Positions 25,756 through 39,778 of a DNA stretch of 64,000 nt are shown here, piece after piece. The notes under the pieces were generated by a model that worked only from the letters and a program-made list of their open reading frames with translations, was not told the DNA's origin and did not search any database. Positions within the stretch are counted from its first letter, which is position 1. The number at the start of each line of letters is the position of its first letter. The stretch spans positions 124,186,001 through 124,250,000 of the forward strand of contig OX597818.1 of the NCBI GenBank assembly GCA_951406725.2, given 5' to 3'. The position numbers were made by a program, and so were the translations under genes. The DNA is from Octopus vulgaris. Taxonomy: Eukaryota.

Positions 25756-25838
<83 letters not shown>

Positions 25839-25916
25839 CCATCAACGTCATCTTATTTATGTCATCATTCGTTTTAAGAAGATGCGGTGCTCTGGCTGAA
25901 TCATTAGAGCGTAGTT

Positions 25917-26300
25917 GGAGGCGCAATGGCCCAGTGGTTAGGGCAGCGGACTCGCGGTCATAGGATCGCGCTTTCGATTCCCAGACCGGGCGTTGTGTGT
26001 GTTTATTGAGCGAAAACACCTAAAAAGCTCCACGAGGCTCCGGCAGGGGATTGTGGTGATCCCTGCTGTACTCTTTCACCACAACTTTCTCTCACTCTTA
26101 CTTCCTGTTTCTGTTGTACCTGTATTTCAAAGGGCCGGCCTTGTCACTCTCTGTGTCATGCTGAATATCCCCGAGAACTACGTTAAGGGTACACGTGTCT
26201 GTGGAGTGCTCAGCCACTTGCACGTTAATTTCACGAGCAGGCTGTTCTGTTGATTCGGATCAACCGGAACCCTCATCGACGTAACCGACGGAGTGCTTCC
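25917..26300 (+). mobile_element. SINE family A
   Basis: TSD AGAGCGTAGT at 25906-25915 and 26302-26311. Confidence 0.95.
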
Positions 26301-26817
26301 CAGAGCGTAGTAACGACGGCGACGCGTTGCTGTAACTGTTCCGGGCCCTTTGTGTTCTGAGTTCGAATCCACCCATGGTCAACGTTTGTGGTAGTAGACT
26401 ACGTGTGGTTCATCGATTTTAATACCGCCATTGATTAGAGCACACTTGAAGTAAAGCAACAGCAACAACAACAACAACAACAACACTATTATCACCACCG
26501 TCATCATCATCGTCACCACCGCCACACCACCACCACTACCACCACCACTACCACCACTACTACCACCACCATCATCATTATCATCATCGTAACTACCGAC
26601 ACTGCCAGCCTAGCCAGTACTATTTTCCTGACCATCTCCCACGACAACCATCCATGCCATTACCAACCTCACTTTCATCATTTATCATCATCGTCGTCGT
26701 CGTCCTCGTCAACGGAAACAATCTCGACAGTCAAAAACAGTTTGCTATAGCTATAACAAGCTCTTCAGTGCCATCCATCTATGGCACCAGTTCAATGTTC
26801 TTTACAGAAACAATTAT

Positions 26818-26993
26818 AGGCGCAGGAGTGGCTGTGTGGTAAGTAGCTTGCTAACCAACCACATGGTTCCGGGTTCAGTCCCACTGCGTGGCACCTTGGG
26901 CAATTGTCTTCTGCTATAGCCCCGGGCCGACCAATGCCTTGTGAGTGGATTTGGTAGACGGAAACTGAAAGAAGCCTGTCGTATATATGTATG

Positions 26994-27063
<70 letters not shown>

Positions 27064-27276
27064 TGTGTTTGTCCCCCTAGCATTGCTTGACAACCGATGC
27101 TGGTGTGTTTACGTCCCCGTTACTTAGCGGTTCGGCAAAAAAGAGACCGATAGAATAAGTACTGGGCTTACAAAGAATAAGTCTCGGGGTCGATTTGCTC
27201 GACTAAAGGCGGTGCTCCAGCATGGCCGCAGTCAAATGACTGAAACAAGTAAAAGAGTAAAAGAGAGTAAAAGAGT
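26818..27276 (+). mobile_element. SINE family B, full length
   Basis: AGGCGCAGGAGTGGCTGTGTGG through the GTAAAAGA repeat tail. Confidence 0.95.
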
Positions 27277-27377
27277 ATACACCCTGACCCTGCAGAGCAT
27301 GCCTTCAGTTTCACTTCTGGAGGAGAACAGATGTACAATCACAATCGCTTCCGCCTCTTACTGCAGGATCTACCTTG

Positions 27378-28128
27378 TCTCACTCACTCACACACTCACT
27401 CGTTCACTCACTCGTTCACTCACTCACTCATTCATTCACTCACTCACTTATTCACTCACTCACTCACTCACTCACTCACTCACTCATTCACTCACTCACT
27501 CATTCACTCACTCACTTACTCATTCACTCACTCACTCACTCACTCACTCACTCATTCACTCACTCACTTATTCACTCACTCACTTACTCATTCACTCACT
27601 CAACGACTCACTTATTCACTCACTCACTCACTCAATCACTCACTCACTCACTCATTCACTCACTCACTCATTCACTCACTCACTTATTCACTCACTCACT
27701 TACTCATTCACTCACTCAACGACTCACTTATTCACTCACTCACTCACTCACTCACTCACTCACTCATTCACTCACTCACTCATTCACTCACTCACTTATT
27801 CACTCACTCACTTACTCATTCACTCACTCAACGACTCACTTATTCACTCACTCACTCACTCACTCACTCACTCACTCACTCATTCACTCATTCACTCACT
27901 TACTTATTCACTTACTCACTTACTCATTGACTCACTCATTCACTCACTCACTCACTCACTCACTCACTCACTCACTCACTCACTCACTCACTCACTCATC
28001 ACTCATTCACTCACTTACTTATTCACTTACTCACTTACTCATTGACTCACTCATTGACTCACTCACTCACTCACTCACTCACTCACTCACTCTCTCACTC
28101 ACTCTCTCACTCACTCACTCACTCACTC
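27378..28128. repeat. (CACT)n satellite with a ~110-117-bp higher-order period
   Basis: The marker TCAACGACTCACTTATTC recurs at about 27600, 27716 and 27828. Confidence 0.9.
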
Positions 28129-28399
28129 GAGCTGTTTATCTATCCACACACTCACACGCACACACATACACACATACACACACGTATATATGTACGTGTG
28201 TGTATACAAATATTTCCTTTTGTAAATATTTATTATGCAAGCTATGTCCTTATGTATGTATGTATGTATGTATGTATGTATGTATGTATGTATGTATGTA
28301 TGTATGTATGTATGTGTCTGTCTGTCTGTTTGTTTATCTCTTTCTGTATACGTGAATACGTGTATGTATGTACGTATGTATATATGTATATGTACGATT

Positions 28400-28724
28400 T
28401 CCTGTTATCATTATTATTATCATTATTGTTTTTACGTATTATTATTACTGTTTTTACGTATTATTTTTGTATTCATATTCGTGTAACATCGTCCGTTTTT
28501 CTGTCCTTGTTTTGTATACATTCGAAGCTTTCTTCCAAGGAATCTAATGCGCTTGGCTTAGATTTTCCTTTGGGGCTGGCCAGATTGGAGCAATCTCAAG
28601 ATTAATCAGCCGAAATTGCGAGGATGATCCGGTTCTTGACTGAAGATTGAAGGCTTCGAATGTCCCGTCCGTGTTTTTTGTATCGTCTTTAAAATGTTTT
28701 GCGTTCTTGTCCCAGTTTGTATTT

Positions 28725-28725
<1 letters not shown>
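28400..28725 (+). mobile_element. Unclassified dispersed repeat (same family as 950-1360)
   Basis: Shares the blocks listed for 950-1360; followed by (TA)n. Confidence 0.6.
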
Positions 28726-28809
<84 letters not shown>

Positions 28810-28811
<2 letters not shown>

Positions 28812-29005
28812 AGAGTTTATGAAAAAAACAAAAGACGAAGTCAGGTGGTGTAGAAAACAAACAGATGTATTAGTATAACGCTCAGGAATAGAAAAAGTCT
28901 TTTACGTTTCGAGCCTACGCTCTTCTACAGAAAGGGACACAGAAAAAACAAGGAGAGAAACAAGGAGAGAAAAAAATGTGTGTAGTGGCTAACGATCTAT
29001 CATGG
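28810..29005 (-). mobile_element. Short hammerhead-bearing Penelope-like element (family E)
   Basis: Closely similar to 1730-1937; abuts (TA)n. Confidence 0.7.
28899..28934 (-). ncRNA. Minimal hammerhead-like motif, variant core
   Basis: CTTT-CTGTAGA-A-GAGC-GTAG-GCTC-GAAA-CG-TA-AAAG: 4-bp stem I, 4-bp stem II, palindromic ACGU stem III, and U at position 6. Confidence 0.55.
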
Positions 29006-29229
29006 CGACTAGTGCTGATATACATACATACACACACATAATATATATATATATACATATATATATACACACATATACATACACACATGCGCGCGCAAAC
29101 ACAAACCTAGCAACCAACAACTTTCCCACCTTATCGAATTATCTACTTAGTGCTCATCACAAACGGAAAGCTTTTCCACACTTCTCTTATGTGAGCGTGC
29201 ACGCGGTTGTATGTGTCTGTACGTGCATG

Positions 29230-29276
<47 letters not shown>

Positions 29277-29284
29277 ATGTGTGT

Positions 29285-29315
<31 letters not shown>

Positions 29316-29996
29316 CATGTGTATGACGTCTTCCCCACCCGCCCCCACATACAAACATACACAAAATATTCAGAATAAATAAACAGAAGAAATGAGAACA
29401 ATAGAGAAAAATTTCTACTTCCCTTGTGTACTCAACGAGAAATAATGTGAGAGCGGGGAGAAGAGTGACAGACAGAAACACAGCTAGAGAGAGAGAGAGA
29501 GAGAGCGGGAGAGAGTAAGAGAGAGAGAGAGAGCGGGAGAGAGTAAGAGAGAGAGGAATAGCGAAAGAAAGAGAGAGAGAACCAGAGCCAGAGCCACAGC
29601 TAGAGACATGCAGACAATCAGGCAGACAGAATCGAAAATGGCTGCAATGCTGTAGGTGGACGTCGTTTTGGAAACATGAATTAAGGGCAAAGTGCGTTGT
29701 GGGTGGCTTCTATTTAAATGCGATTGTAAAGACGAATGGAATCTTACCGAAACTCAATATCTCTTTCTAATTATATTTACAGAAAATTTTCTTCAATTTC
29801 GTTTCATTCCTTTTTTTAATTTATTTATTATTTTACTTTCACTTTTAAATAATTTTTTTTGTCTAGTTTTTTTATATATTTTTTTTATGTTGGTAGGTAT
29901 GTGCTTTTCTTTATCATATATATTTATATATTTCATTTTATTGTTTTCCTGTTTACAAGACTTGTCAGTAACATTTCGGTTATTGAATGCGCAAGT

Positions 29997-30376
29997 GGAG
30001 GCGCAATGGCCCAGTGGTTAGGGCAGCGGACTCGCGGTCGTAGGATCGCGGTTTCGATTCCCAGACCGGGCATTGTGAGTGTTTATTGAGCGAAAACACC
30101 TAAAGCTTCACAAGGCTCCTGCAGGGGGTGGTGGTGAACCTTGCGATACTCTTTCACCACAACTTTCTCTCACTCTTTCTTCCTGTTTCTGTTGTACCTG
30201 TATTTCAAAGGGCCAGCCTTGTCACACTCTGTGTCACGCTGAATCTCCTCGAGAACTACGTTAAGGGTACACGTGTCTGTGGAGTGCTCAGCCACTTGCA
30301 CGTTAATTCCACGAGCAAGATGTTCCGTTGATCGTATCAGCTGGGACCCTCATCGTCGTAACCGACGGAGTGCTCC
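29997..30376 (+). mobile_element. SINE family A, more diverged copy
   Basis: TSD ATTGAATGCG at 29982-29991 and 30386-30395. Confidence 0.93.
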
Positions 30377-30491
30377 TAGCTAATAATTGAATGCGGATCT
30401 GTTGGCTGGTTGGCTACTTGGTTGGTTAGGTGGTTGGCTAGATGGGTCATTCTTTTTGTAAGAGGTTCTTATCGTGTGCGTGTAGGGAAGG

Positions 30492-30693
30492 GCCGGGCGA
30501 AATGCTTAGCAGTATTTCGTCTGTCGCTGCGTTGTGAGTTCAAATTCCGCCGATGTCGACTTTGCCTTTCATCCTTTCGGGGTCGATAAATAAAGTATCA
30601 GTTTCGCACTGGGGTCGATGTAATCGACTTAATCCGTTTGTCTGTCCTTGTTTGTCCCCTCTATGTTTAGCCCCTTATGGGCAGTAAATAAAT
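30492..30693 (+). mobile_element. SINE family C, 5'-truncated
   Basis: Aligns with the family. Confidence 0.9.
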
Positions 30694-30727
30694 ATATATA
30701 CATGTAAATACTTGTGTTGTACATATT

Positions 30728-31100
30728 CTTCTATTCTTTTATTTGTTTCAGTCACTTGACTGCGGCCATGCTGGAGCACCGCCTTTATTCGAACAAATCG
30801 ACCCCAGGACTTATTTGTAAGCCTAGTACTTATTCTATCGTGTTTTTTGTCGAACCGCTAAGTTACTGGGACTGAACACACCAACATCGGTTGTCAAGCG
30901 ATGGTGGGGGGACAAACACAGACACACAAACACACTCACGCACACACAATCATACACACACACACACACACATATACGACGGGCTTCTTTCAGTTTCCGT
31001 CTACCAAATCCATTCACAAGGCTTTGGTCGGCCCGAGGCTATAGGAGAAAACACTTGCCCAAGATGCCACGCAAGGGAACTAAACCCAGAACCACACAGC
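30728..31100 (-). mobile_element. SINE family B
   Basis: Reverse-complement alignment. Confidence 0.9.
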
Positions 31101-31269
31101 CAAATATATAACAGTTACAAGCCTCTAAAATTATATAATTTTAACCAATCCGAAGCATTTGTTACTGAGATACCAGAAGTCGCAAAACACGCTCAAACTC
31201 TCTCACTCACTCACTCACTCACTCACTCACTCACTCACTCACTCACTCACTCACTCACTAACTCACTCA

Positions 31270-31318
<49 letters not shown>

Positions 31319-32109
31319 ACGCACGTCCGACTTAGAATACAAATGATATATAGAAAAGTATTATAAATCCCACAAATCTTTGAACTTCTTTCTGTCAACA
31401 CCTCAAATGTTAAAATCTCTTCCCTGAAGACGGAAGCTCGTCTCATCCTACTATGGAATCAATCTACAAACATTTTTGGACCACCGAGTCCCCAGAAACA
31501 GATGTTGGATATGTAATACTTTTCTTCAACCCCTTCAATTCTCTATATCATTTGTATTCTGTGTAAGTCTGTCCTTTTTGTATGTAAACATATATACATT
31601 TTTGCATTTCATGTATTTGATATATTTTATATATTGTTCTGTCTAACTTGCTTATCCCTGCATTTACTTGTATACCCGCTCAAGTTTAAAATCTCTTGAG
31701 CACTATTAAGAGTATTCTAGACGGAGAATGTGTCTTAAATCTTAAACTAGAGATTGGTTTTTCATGTGTTCACGCATGTAAATGGAGTCTTAAAAACTAC
31801 CGTTAAATATATAATTATCATTGATGATAGACGTTAAAAAATGGTTAGTAGATGTAATATTGATGAAAAATATATATAATATAATATAATGTAATATAAT
31901 ATATTAATTAAATGGTGTAGATGGATGTTATGTCTTCTAAACGTGGCAACGTATTGGTATTTTACTGTAAACCCAATTAAGCACGTTTCTCATAAATATA
32001 TCGTTGAAATTCTTATAATGATTTATAAAACTACATTTGAGATAAAACATATTATGTTAATAGTACTAGGTCGTCAAGTGTGAAATTTGTAGAAAAGAAA
32101 AGTTTGCTA

Positions 32110-32530
32110 ATGTTTTATAAATATAAGGAATAGTTTTATTCATCACAGTATGCACCCTTATTGTCAATACACTTTTGCCATTTCAGCCCGGAACTGTAAA
32201 TGCTTGGTAATCTAGAGTCAATAAAATCATGGAAAGTCTGTTTTACAACATCGTCGGAAATTTGTAGTAAGGTATATATGGTAAACTTTTCTTATCATTT
32301 TGCGCCATTACTATATTTTGACAATCTTTACTTTTTGTTAGAAAGCTGACACATCTTCTTCATGACACATCTATTCACTTTGCGCCTTATAAAGTATTTA
32401 TAAATCGTTTTTTTTTTTTTAGCTATTTTTCTAGGATAAGTCGGAAATGGATAAGTCGGAAATTCGTACAGTTTTGAAATATGAGTTCTTTCTTGGAAGT
32501 ACAGCATCAGAGACAGCTCGGAATATTAAT
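32110..32530. mobile_element. Decayed mariner remnants in both orientations
   Basis: Minus strand KWQKCIDNKGAYCDE* at about 32137-32183; plus strand MDKSEIRTVLKYEFFLGSTASETARNIN from 32447. Confidence 0.7.
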
Positions 32531-32766
32531 TTCATACTTGATGGCCTAATAATTACAACTTTAGTGTACTTAGTTTTAATATCAATTACTTTTTGAATAT
32601 ATTTGAATAAACTGATGTCTGCATGTCAATTTCTCCATTTCTTCCTTTTCTCATTCAAGTATATAAATAGTGTATACATACATACATACATACATACATA
32701 CATACATACATACATACATACATACATACATACATACATACATACATACATACATACATACATACA

Positions 32767-32798
<32 letters not shown>

Positions 32799-33065
32799 AT
32801 GGAGTAATTACTGTGAAGCATTGTGTAGAATATATTGTATAAAAGATCGTGGGTAAGGCCAAAACAATACGAAGTAAATGCAAGGTAAATAATGTAGACT
32901 TACTTTGCATTCAATATTTCGGGGTTATGACACCATTTTCAAGAAATTCACGAATGTTGCTGATGTGCGCACATTGGCAACAATGAGACCGAATTGCATT
33001 TAGCACTCTTTTCGCTAACAACTGTTGACGCAATTTTTATTTTTCTCCGATATATATATATATAC

Positions 33066-33127
<62 letters not shown>

Positions 33128-33256
33128 ATGTATGTATGTATGTATGATATATGCAGCCTGCTCGCAAATACACACAGCATATACATTGAGTATTTGTAGT
33201 TCATAATTTTTATAACATTAGCCTAGCTTTTATTTCCTATTTGAATATATATATAA

Positions 33257-33300
<44 letters not shown>

Positions 33301-33329
33301 TATACATATACATGTATATGTATATGTTT

Positions 33330-33515
33330 GTATGTCTGTTTGTCCCCCCCCCACCATCGCTTGACAACCGATTTTGGTGTGTTTATGTCCCCGTAACCTA
33401 GCGGTTCGGCAAAAGAGAACGATAGAATAAGTACAGGGGTCGATTAGTTCGACTAAAGGCAGTGTTCCATCACGGCCGCCGTCAAATGACTGAAACAAGT
33501 AAAAGAGTAAAATGG
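33330..33515 (+). mobile_element. SINE family B, 3' half
   Basis: Aligns with the family. Confidence 0.8.
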
Positions 33516-33535
33516 TAAGGAGTATATATACATAC

Positions 33536-33610
<75 letters not shown>

Positions 33611-33648
33611 AAAAGGAGATGTGGAACACGAGTTGTGATATATAAAAA

Positions 33649-33932
33649 AGGAAATGAAGAAAATGCTGACAAAATAATTTAAGTAATTTAAGTAATTTAA
33701 TTAAAGTGAAAGTTCTTTTTACCAGTTGCGCATTTGTTATGCTTATCAAAAGATTAGAGTTCCTTTCTGATAGATTTTTTCCTCTTATCAGATAAGAGAA
33801 AAAAATCTATCAGAAAGGAACTCTAATCTTTTGATAAGCATAATCAAATGCGCAACCGGTAAAAAGAACTTTCACCTAATTAAATTACTTAAATTACTTA
33901 AATTATTTTGTCAGCATTTTCTTCATTTCCTA
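33649..33932. repeat. Near-perfect palindrome (141/142-bp arms, 1-nt spacer) between (TA)n tracts
   Basis: Centre reads CTCTTATC-A-GATAAGAG at 33790; only about 4 differences between the arms. Confidence 0.95.
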
Positions 33933-36167
33933 TTATATATATATATATATACTAGACTACTCGTGACCCGGTGGGTTACCGGAAAAGTTTGAGTTCCCAA
34001 CAACAGAGTTTTGTTTCGTGGGTTTTTTTCTTTTCCGGGTTATTTCGTATGCTTTCAACAAATGTGACATCGAAATCACGCGTCAGCGGCTCCTTTCCCC
34101 AGAAAAGGAAAGATTTGGCGACTATTTCTTGCACGCCCTGCTACCACATAACAGGTATTTCGGGTCCTTTATCGAAAATAGCAGTTACGTGGTAGCAGGA
34201 CATGCTAGAAATAGCAGCCAAATCTTCGGAAGTGAGATACGTTGAATGCACTCGAAAAAAAACTAAAAAAAACTATGGGAAAATATTATTTAACGCCAAG
34301 ATTACGAACGGGTCTTTTACGAAATATTTATGCAAAAAAAAAAGTCTGTTTAAAGAAAGCTAAAATATAAATACTTATTGTACAAACAACTTACATATTT
34401 GAAATGATATTCACTTAGGAATATTTCTAAGTGATTAAAATATTGTGTTTAACAATAGCGAAAAACAGAAATATTTACTGTAAAAAAACAAATCTTATAA
34501 GTCACTGTCTGATTTCAGGATAAAGTTAATTTCAGAGACTTTTCCCATTATGCATCGTTTTGGGTGTTTATACCTCGAAAACCCTTATTATCTTCACAAC
34601 TAATTATCCGATTTACGCGAAATTTGTTTTTTCCATTCGTATTTACATTTCAGGGGAAGTTTAATTTATTGTATTTTCCTATAATGCGCCAGTTTGGCTG
34701 AGTAACATTGCAAGCAAGCAAGATTCAAACTTACTTTTAATGTATTATAGATAGATATATGTATGCATATTGGAGGGAGATGAAAATTGTGTGTGTGCAT
34801 GTGTGTATATGTATACATGTATGTATGTATGTATGTATACACACACACACACACGTACATATTTTGTTTTTAACCGCAGCATATCCATAAGAGATGTTAT
34901 TTCTGGGCGAATACCAGAGTAAATTGCCTTTAAACGATGTATTTACATTAAGTGTGATATATAAACGCCTGTAGTATACAGTACATTATAGCAATGAAAA
35001 AGAAGTAAAGATTAATCAACGTGGCAAGGAGTGTTAAGAAACAGTTCAGTAGTTGTGCTTTTAGGCGATGTAATTCTCACATGTCGATGTTAAAAAACTA
35101 GAAGTTCTGAATATTTTAAATGTGGTAATTATTTGTGCCTGTGTACCACAAGTCGAAAACGAAGCGATTCTTTCTATGTCGAGTTAAGAGGAATCAGACG
35201 AACAGATTGACCCGATGAATGCGACTGTAGTAAAAGTAACGAAAACTACTATACCAGTTGCTGGTTCATTCGATATTCGCAAAACATTAAATATCAACGA
35301 AAACATTGGAAAGGGGATATCAATTCTGCCTGACTAAAGAAAGGTAAAGAAAAAAGAAAAAGTAAAACTAGAAAACAGAGTACAAAAGAACGTGTGATCT
35401 TGAAGAGGAGAGAATGTTACGAATGACACATTTTTCAATGCAGGTTACGAAAGCAATTTACGAAACTGCATGTTCCAGTGGTTCCCATTCTTTATTTCTT
35501 GAATATGGAGGTGTAAATAGCAGAGCGCGATCCAGTGAACTATGATAAGAAACTGCAGAAGAAGTATCAGAGCACTTATTTGATATTGTATTGACCCTTA
35601 AATCCATTGAAAGCTTAGTATTTCTAGCTGGTGTAGCAGGAATGTACAAAAAAAGGAAAGCATCTGAGAGATGGATTTCGAATTGGCAAAGAGGTATCAT
35701 GGCAGGAAGTAAAAGAAATTTCGAGAATGTGAAATCTGGAAGATTGATAAAAAAACCCCATAGAACGGAATTACTTGATATGATGATGCAATCAAAGTGC
35801 AGTAAGCAGTAGAGGGTTTTTTTTTTTGTTGTTCCTTTTAGTTAAGTGGTAGAAATAGTAAATGTAATATCATGGGAAACAAAAGTGCTATTGATTGATA
35901 ACGAGGAAATCGATTTTTCGAAATTGATTCGGAAGGATATTACTACCAATTTACTTCATCGACATAGAGCGAGAATTATCGAATTAGAAATTCTTCATTC
36001 AAGAAAATAACGAAAGCCAAAACATCATCGGATCAGGACGCTAAAGAAGCGGTAGATTATATATCTGGGATTTTGCCGCATGACAAATTTGATATCACTC
36101 GACGAATTGTTGCAGTTAGTGATCATAACAAAGAATACTGCTTCTTAGAGCTGCCGTAGAAGCTTTT

Positions 36168-36241
<74 letters not shown>

Positions 36242-36960
36242 TTTTTTTTCTGTTTGAGAGCGCGTACAAAGAATACGCTGTAAAATGGAGTGTCACTGAT
36301 CCAAATTATACGTTTTTCACCTCATAATGGATCGCCATCTAGTCTATGTAATAAATATATGCGTGTTGCGGTCTCGAGCCACCGAATACATCAAGAAATA
36401 CATTTGAGCCAGTAGGATGCGAGCGAATTGTTACATGATTTTTGAGAGGAAATCAACCTTTATCTTCTGCACAGAAGAAAAGTTCCAGGGAAAAAAACCA
36501 AAAAAAACATTGGTGGAATACTGGAATTGCAACAACGCAATCTAACACACATAGCAATGGATTTTAAAAGGAAATTTGAATCAATGCATCACAGGGAAAA
36601 AATACTTATTTCTTTTTTGACGTCGAAAGAATTTTTAGTTTTTAGGAGAGAACATGAAATTTTGGAACAATGGATCTCGAAGCATATGAGGATGTAAATA
36701 GTAGCATATAAATACTGATTTCAAATTTTGGCACAAAGCCAGCAATTTAACAGGAAGGGGTTAAGTCGATTACATCGACGCCAGAGCTCGACTGGTATTT
36801 ATTTCATCGGCCCTGAAAGAATGAAAGGCAAAGTCGACTCCAGCATAATTTGAACTCAGAATGTAAAGACTGATGAAATACCACTAAGTATCTTGCCCGA
36901 CGGGCGAATGATTCTAGCAGCTCGTCGCCTTTAATAGCATGTAAATAAATATTTGGTTGA

Positions 36961-37160
36961 AAAACCATTTTGGATAGAAAAAATCGAAGACTGCCGGTAA
37001 GACTCGAACTCACACTTCCTGTCGACAAAACGGGCATTCTACCATTAGACCAATCCTTCGAATTTCTCTATCCATTTTAGAAACTTTATTTTTAGCAGAA
37101 TATGAGGGTTCGAGCCCGACGGGCAGCCTTCGACTTTTTGTCCTATTCAAAAATGATTTT
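36961..37160. repeat. Diverged inverted repeat containing a tRNA-like (A/B box) segment
   Basis: Minus strand 37057-36989 reads TGGTCTAATGG...TTGTCGA...GTTCGAGTC; 37103-37160 is a diverged inverted copy of 36961-37015. Confidence 0.5.
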
Positions 37161-37773
37161 TTTTCAATTTGCGAGCTGGCAAAATGCTCAGCAGCTTTCC
37201 GCCCATCTTTAAGTTCTGAGTTAAAAAACCGCCAAAGTCGACTTTACCTTTCATTTTTTTTCGAGGTCGATAAAATAAGTACCTAGCTGAGCACTAGGGT
37301 CGCTGTAATCGACTTTTCCACCCTTGTGCCAAATTAAGAAAGTATTCTTTATATTTTTAAGTGCTTCGAGATCCACTGTGCCAAAGAAAAACTGATTTTT
37401 GCTTTTAATGAGCAGAAGAGCTCATCTTGTTATAGGGGCGTGGTTTCACCCGGTGCATGGGGACATAGCAGAAACTAAAGAAGAAGTTGTGTTGTTATAC
37501 TATGAAGCAATCTATAAGATATTTAAATCTAAAGTTTGTTATATTCGCCTGGATTATATATTTACCATCAAATACCACATGATGTTATAGAAGTGAAGGT
37601 TTGGTTTACAAATACAGGAATTAATAAAACAACAGCAGCAGCGATAAAGGCCTCTGACTTAGACACCAGGTCATGTTTACTTGAGCGGGACTTGAACTTA
37701 GAACGCAACGAATCAGAAGAGATACTGCTAGCCATTTTCAGACGCGTTAACAATTCTGTCATTTCACTGCCTT

Positions 37774-38031
<258 letters not shown>

Positions 38032-38039
38032 CGAACAAG

Positions 38040-39480
38040 TATGCGATGTTAATGAAACTACACTTTCTAGAAACGCATGCCTGCTAGAACTTTTATAGCC
38101 GGAGATAAAAAAGAAAGAAACAAAAGCAGGGTTTAAAGCTTCCAAAAATCATCTGGTGTTTTTTTTTTCGATGAAAAGCTGCTGGCGATATGAAATGTAA
38201 AACCATAACCGGGTATCGCTCCAAAAATCCAAGGGTGTTAAAGTGTTATGCAAGTTTAATCTACCTCTGATTTGGTGTTCAAATAAGAAGGCAAAGGTGG
38301 CTAACAGCTGTTTCGAAGAGTGGTCTACACATATTTTTGTCCTGCTGTTGAAAGGTACAATGCCAGGCATAATATTTCCTACAAAACATTACCCCTTTTA
38401 AACAATGCACCAAGCCACCCTGTGGACTTAAATGAGCTTTTTGGTAATGTGAGAGCAGAATATGTCGCCAAGAACACATTCTTTGCTCCAGCCGATGGAC
38501 CAAAGTGTGATAGCTTACTTCAAGATATATTATCTGAGAAGAATTTAAAACAATTTATGAAAGCAACTGACATCTTTTATCTTTCCTTTGTTGCAGTCAT
38601 GAGACTGCGGCCATGCTAGGAGACAGCCTTGAAGAATTTTAGTCCAATGCATGGACGCCGGTGCTTATTTTGTTTTTCTTCTTCTTTAAGCGTGGTATTC
38701 ATTCTATCGGTCTCTTTGTCGAACCGATAAATCACGAGGACGTAAACACACCAACACCGGTTGTCAAGAGTTGCTGGGGGACAAACGCTGACATATAGGT
38801 AGACGCGCGCGCGCATAAACGACGGTCTTCTTTCAGCTCCCGTCTACCAAACCCACTCCCAACATTTTGGTCGGTCTGAGGCTATAGAACATACTTTCCT
38901 AAGGTGCCACGCGATGGGATTGAACCGGAAACTATGTGGTTGGGAAGCAAACTTCTTACCACACAGCTACGCTTGCTATGTTGCCTAAACTTACAGTTAG
39001 AAACTTCTGGAAGAAGTTCAACATGATGGATGACATGGATAAAACAACAACTAAGTCATGGGATGAAGCGAAATCTTCAAATTTGAATGGTACTTGGAAA
39101 ATATATGGTGTTCGTAAATGCAGCTTTTTCACAAGCAGAATGTCTACTTGAAAGGACATTGTGTCCACATCCGAAAGGTATTGTGATATTTGCAAATGAT
39201 ACTAGACTGGAAGAAGTCCTAGAGGATGACGTGGTTGAGTTCCTAGTGTCGGAGTATTCCATACAGGAAGTTTATCTAAGAGCTGACACTGCTTGAATGA
39301 GAGCAGAAATTCCATTTAAATTGATTGCAAACAAAATTGCTCTTATAGATATTGGTCAGCAAGTCTTGCTAATAACGACCCTAATTGTTATTGTAACATA
39401 AAAATGACAAAAGTTTACAATGAATTCAATTCCTACATCGAGCTGAACCAAGAAAGATGCACCACTAACATGAAACAATT
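38040..39480 (+). mobile_element. Tigger/pogo DDE transposase pseudogene interrupted by a SINE
   Basis: GFKASKN, NKKAKV...FEEW, FCPAVERYNARHNISYKTLPLLNNAPSHP and QPMDQSVIAYFKIYYLRR; after the SINE, LTVRNFWKKFNMMD...SWDEAKSSNLNGTWK. Confidence 0.85.
38585..38975 (-). mobile_element. SINE family B, diverged, nested in the Tigger/pogo remnant
   Basis: Reverse-complement alignment. Confidence 0.85.
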
Positions 39481-39778
39481 TTGGCTACGTTCTTCGTCTT
39501 CCAGGTAGATGCTGATAATGATGAACTATTAGCTAAACGATAATGTTCCTCGTCCTCCCAGAAGCTCCATATTCCCAGAAGAACGTACACTATTTCGTAC
39601 ATTACGATTTGTATTTATTCCCTGATGTATTTCCCTCGAAATGCTTTCATGTATGCATATTGCATAGTATATGTTTAAGAAATTGTTATTTCCATGCATA
39701 AAAGTGGTCGTATTATTTTTGTTGTTGTTGTCGCTGATTTTCGAAAAAGAAGAAAAGAAAAAAGAATCCTCCAGAAGG

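Noticed and set aside
33951-34330. Helitron/HINE-like start ACTAG...ACCCGG...CCGG
   Set aside because: No matching 3' hairpin or second copy found in the window.
35000-36700. Possible decayed DNA transposase (piggyBac- or hAT-like)
   Set aside because: Coding-like composition, but no motif I can name with confidence; needs tblastx or an HMM search.
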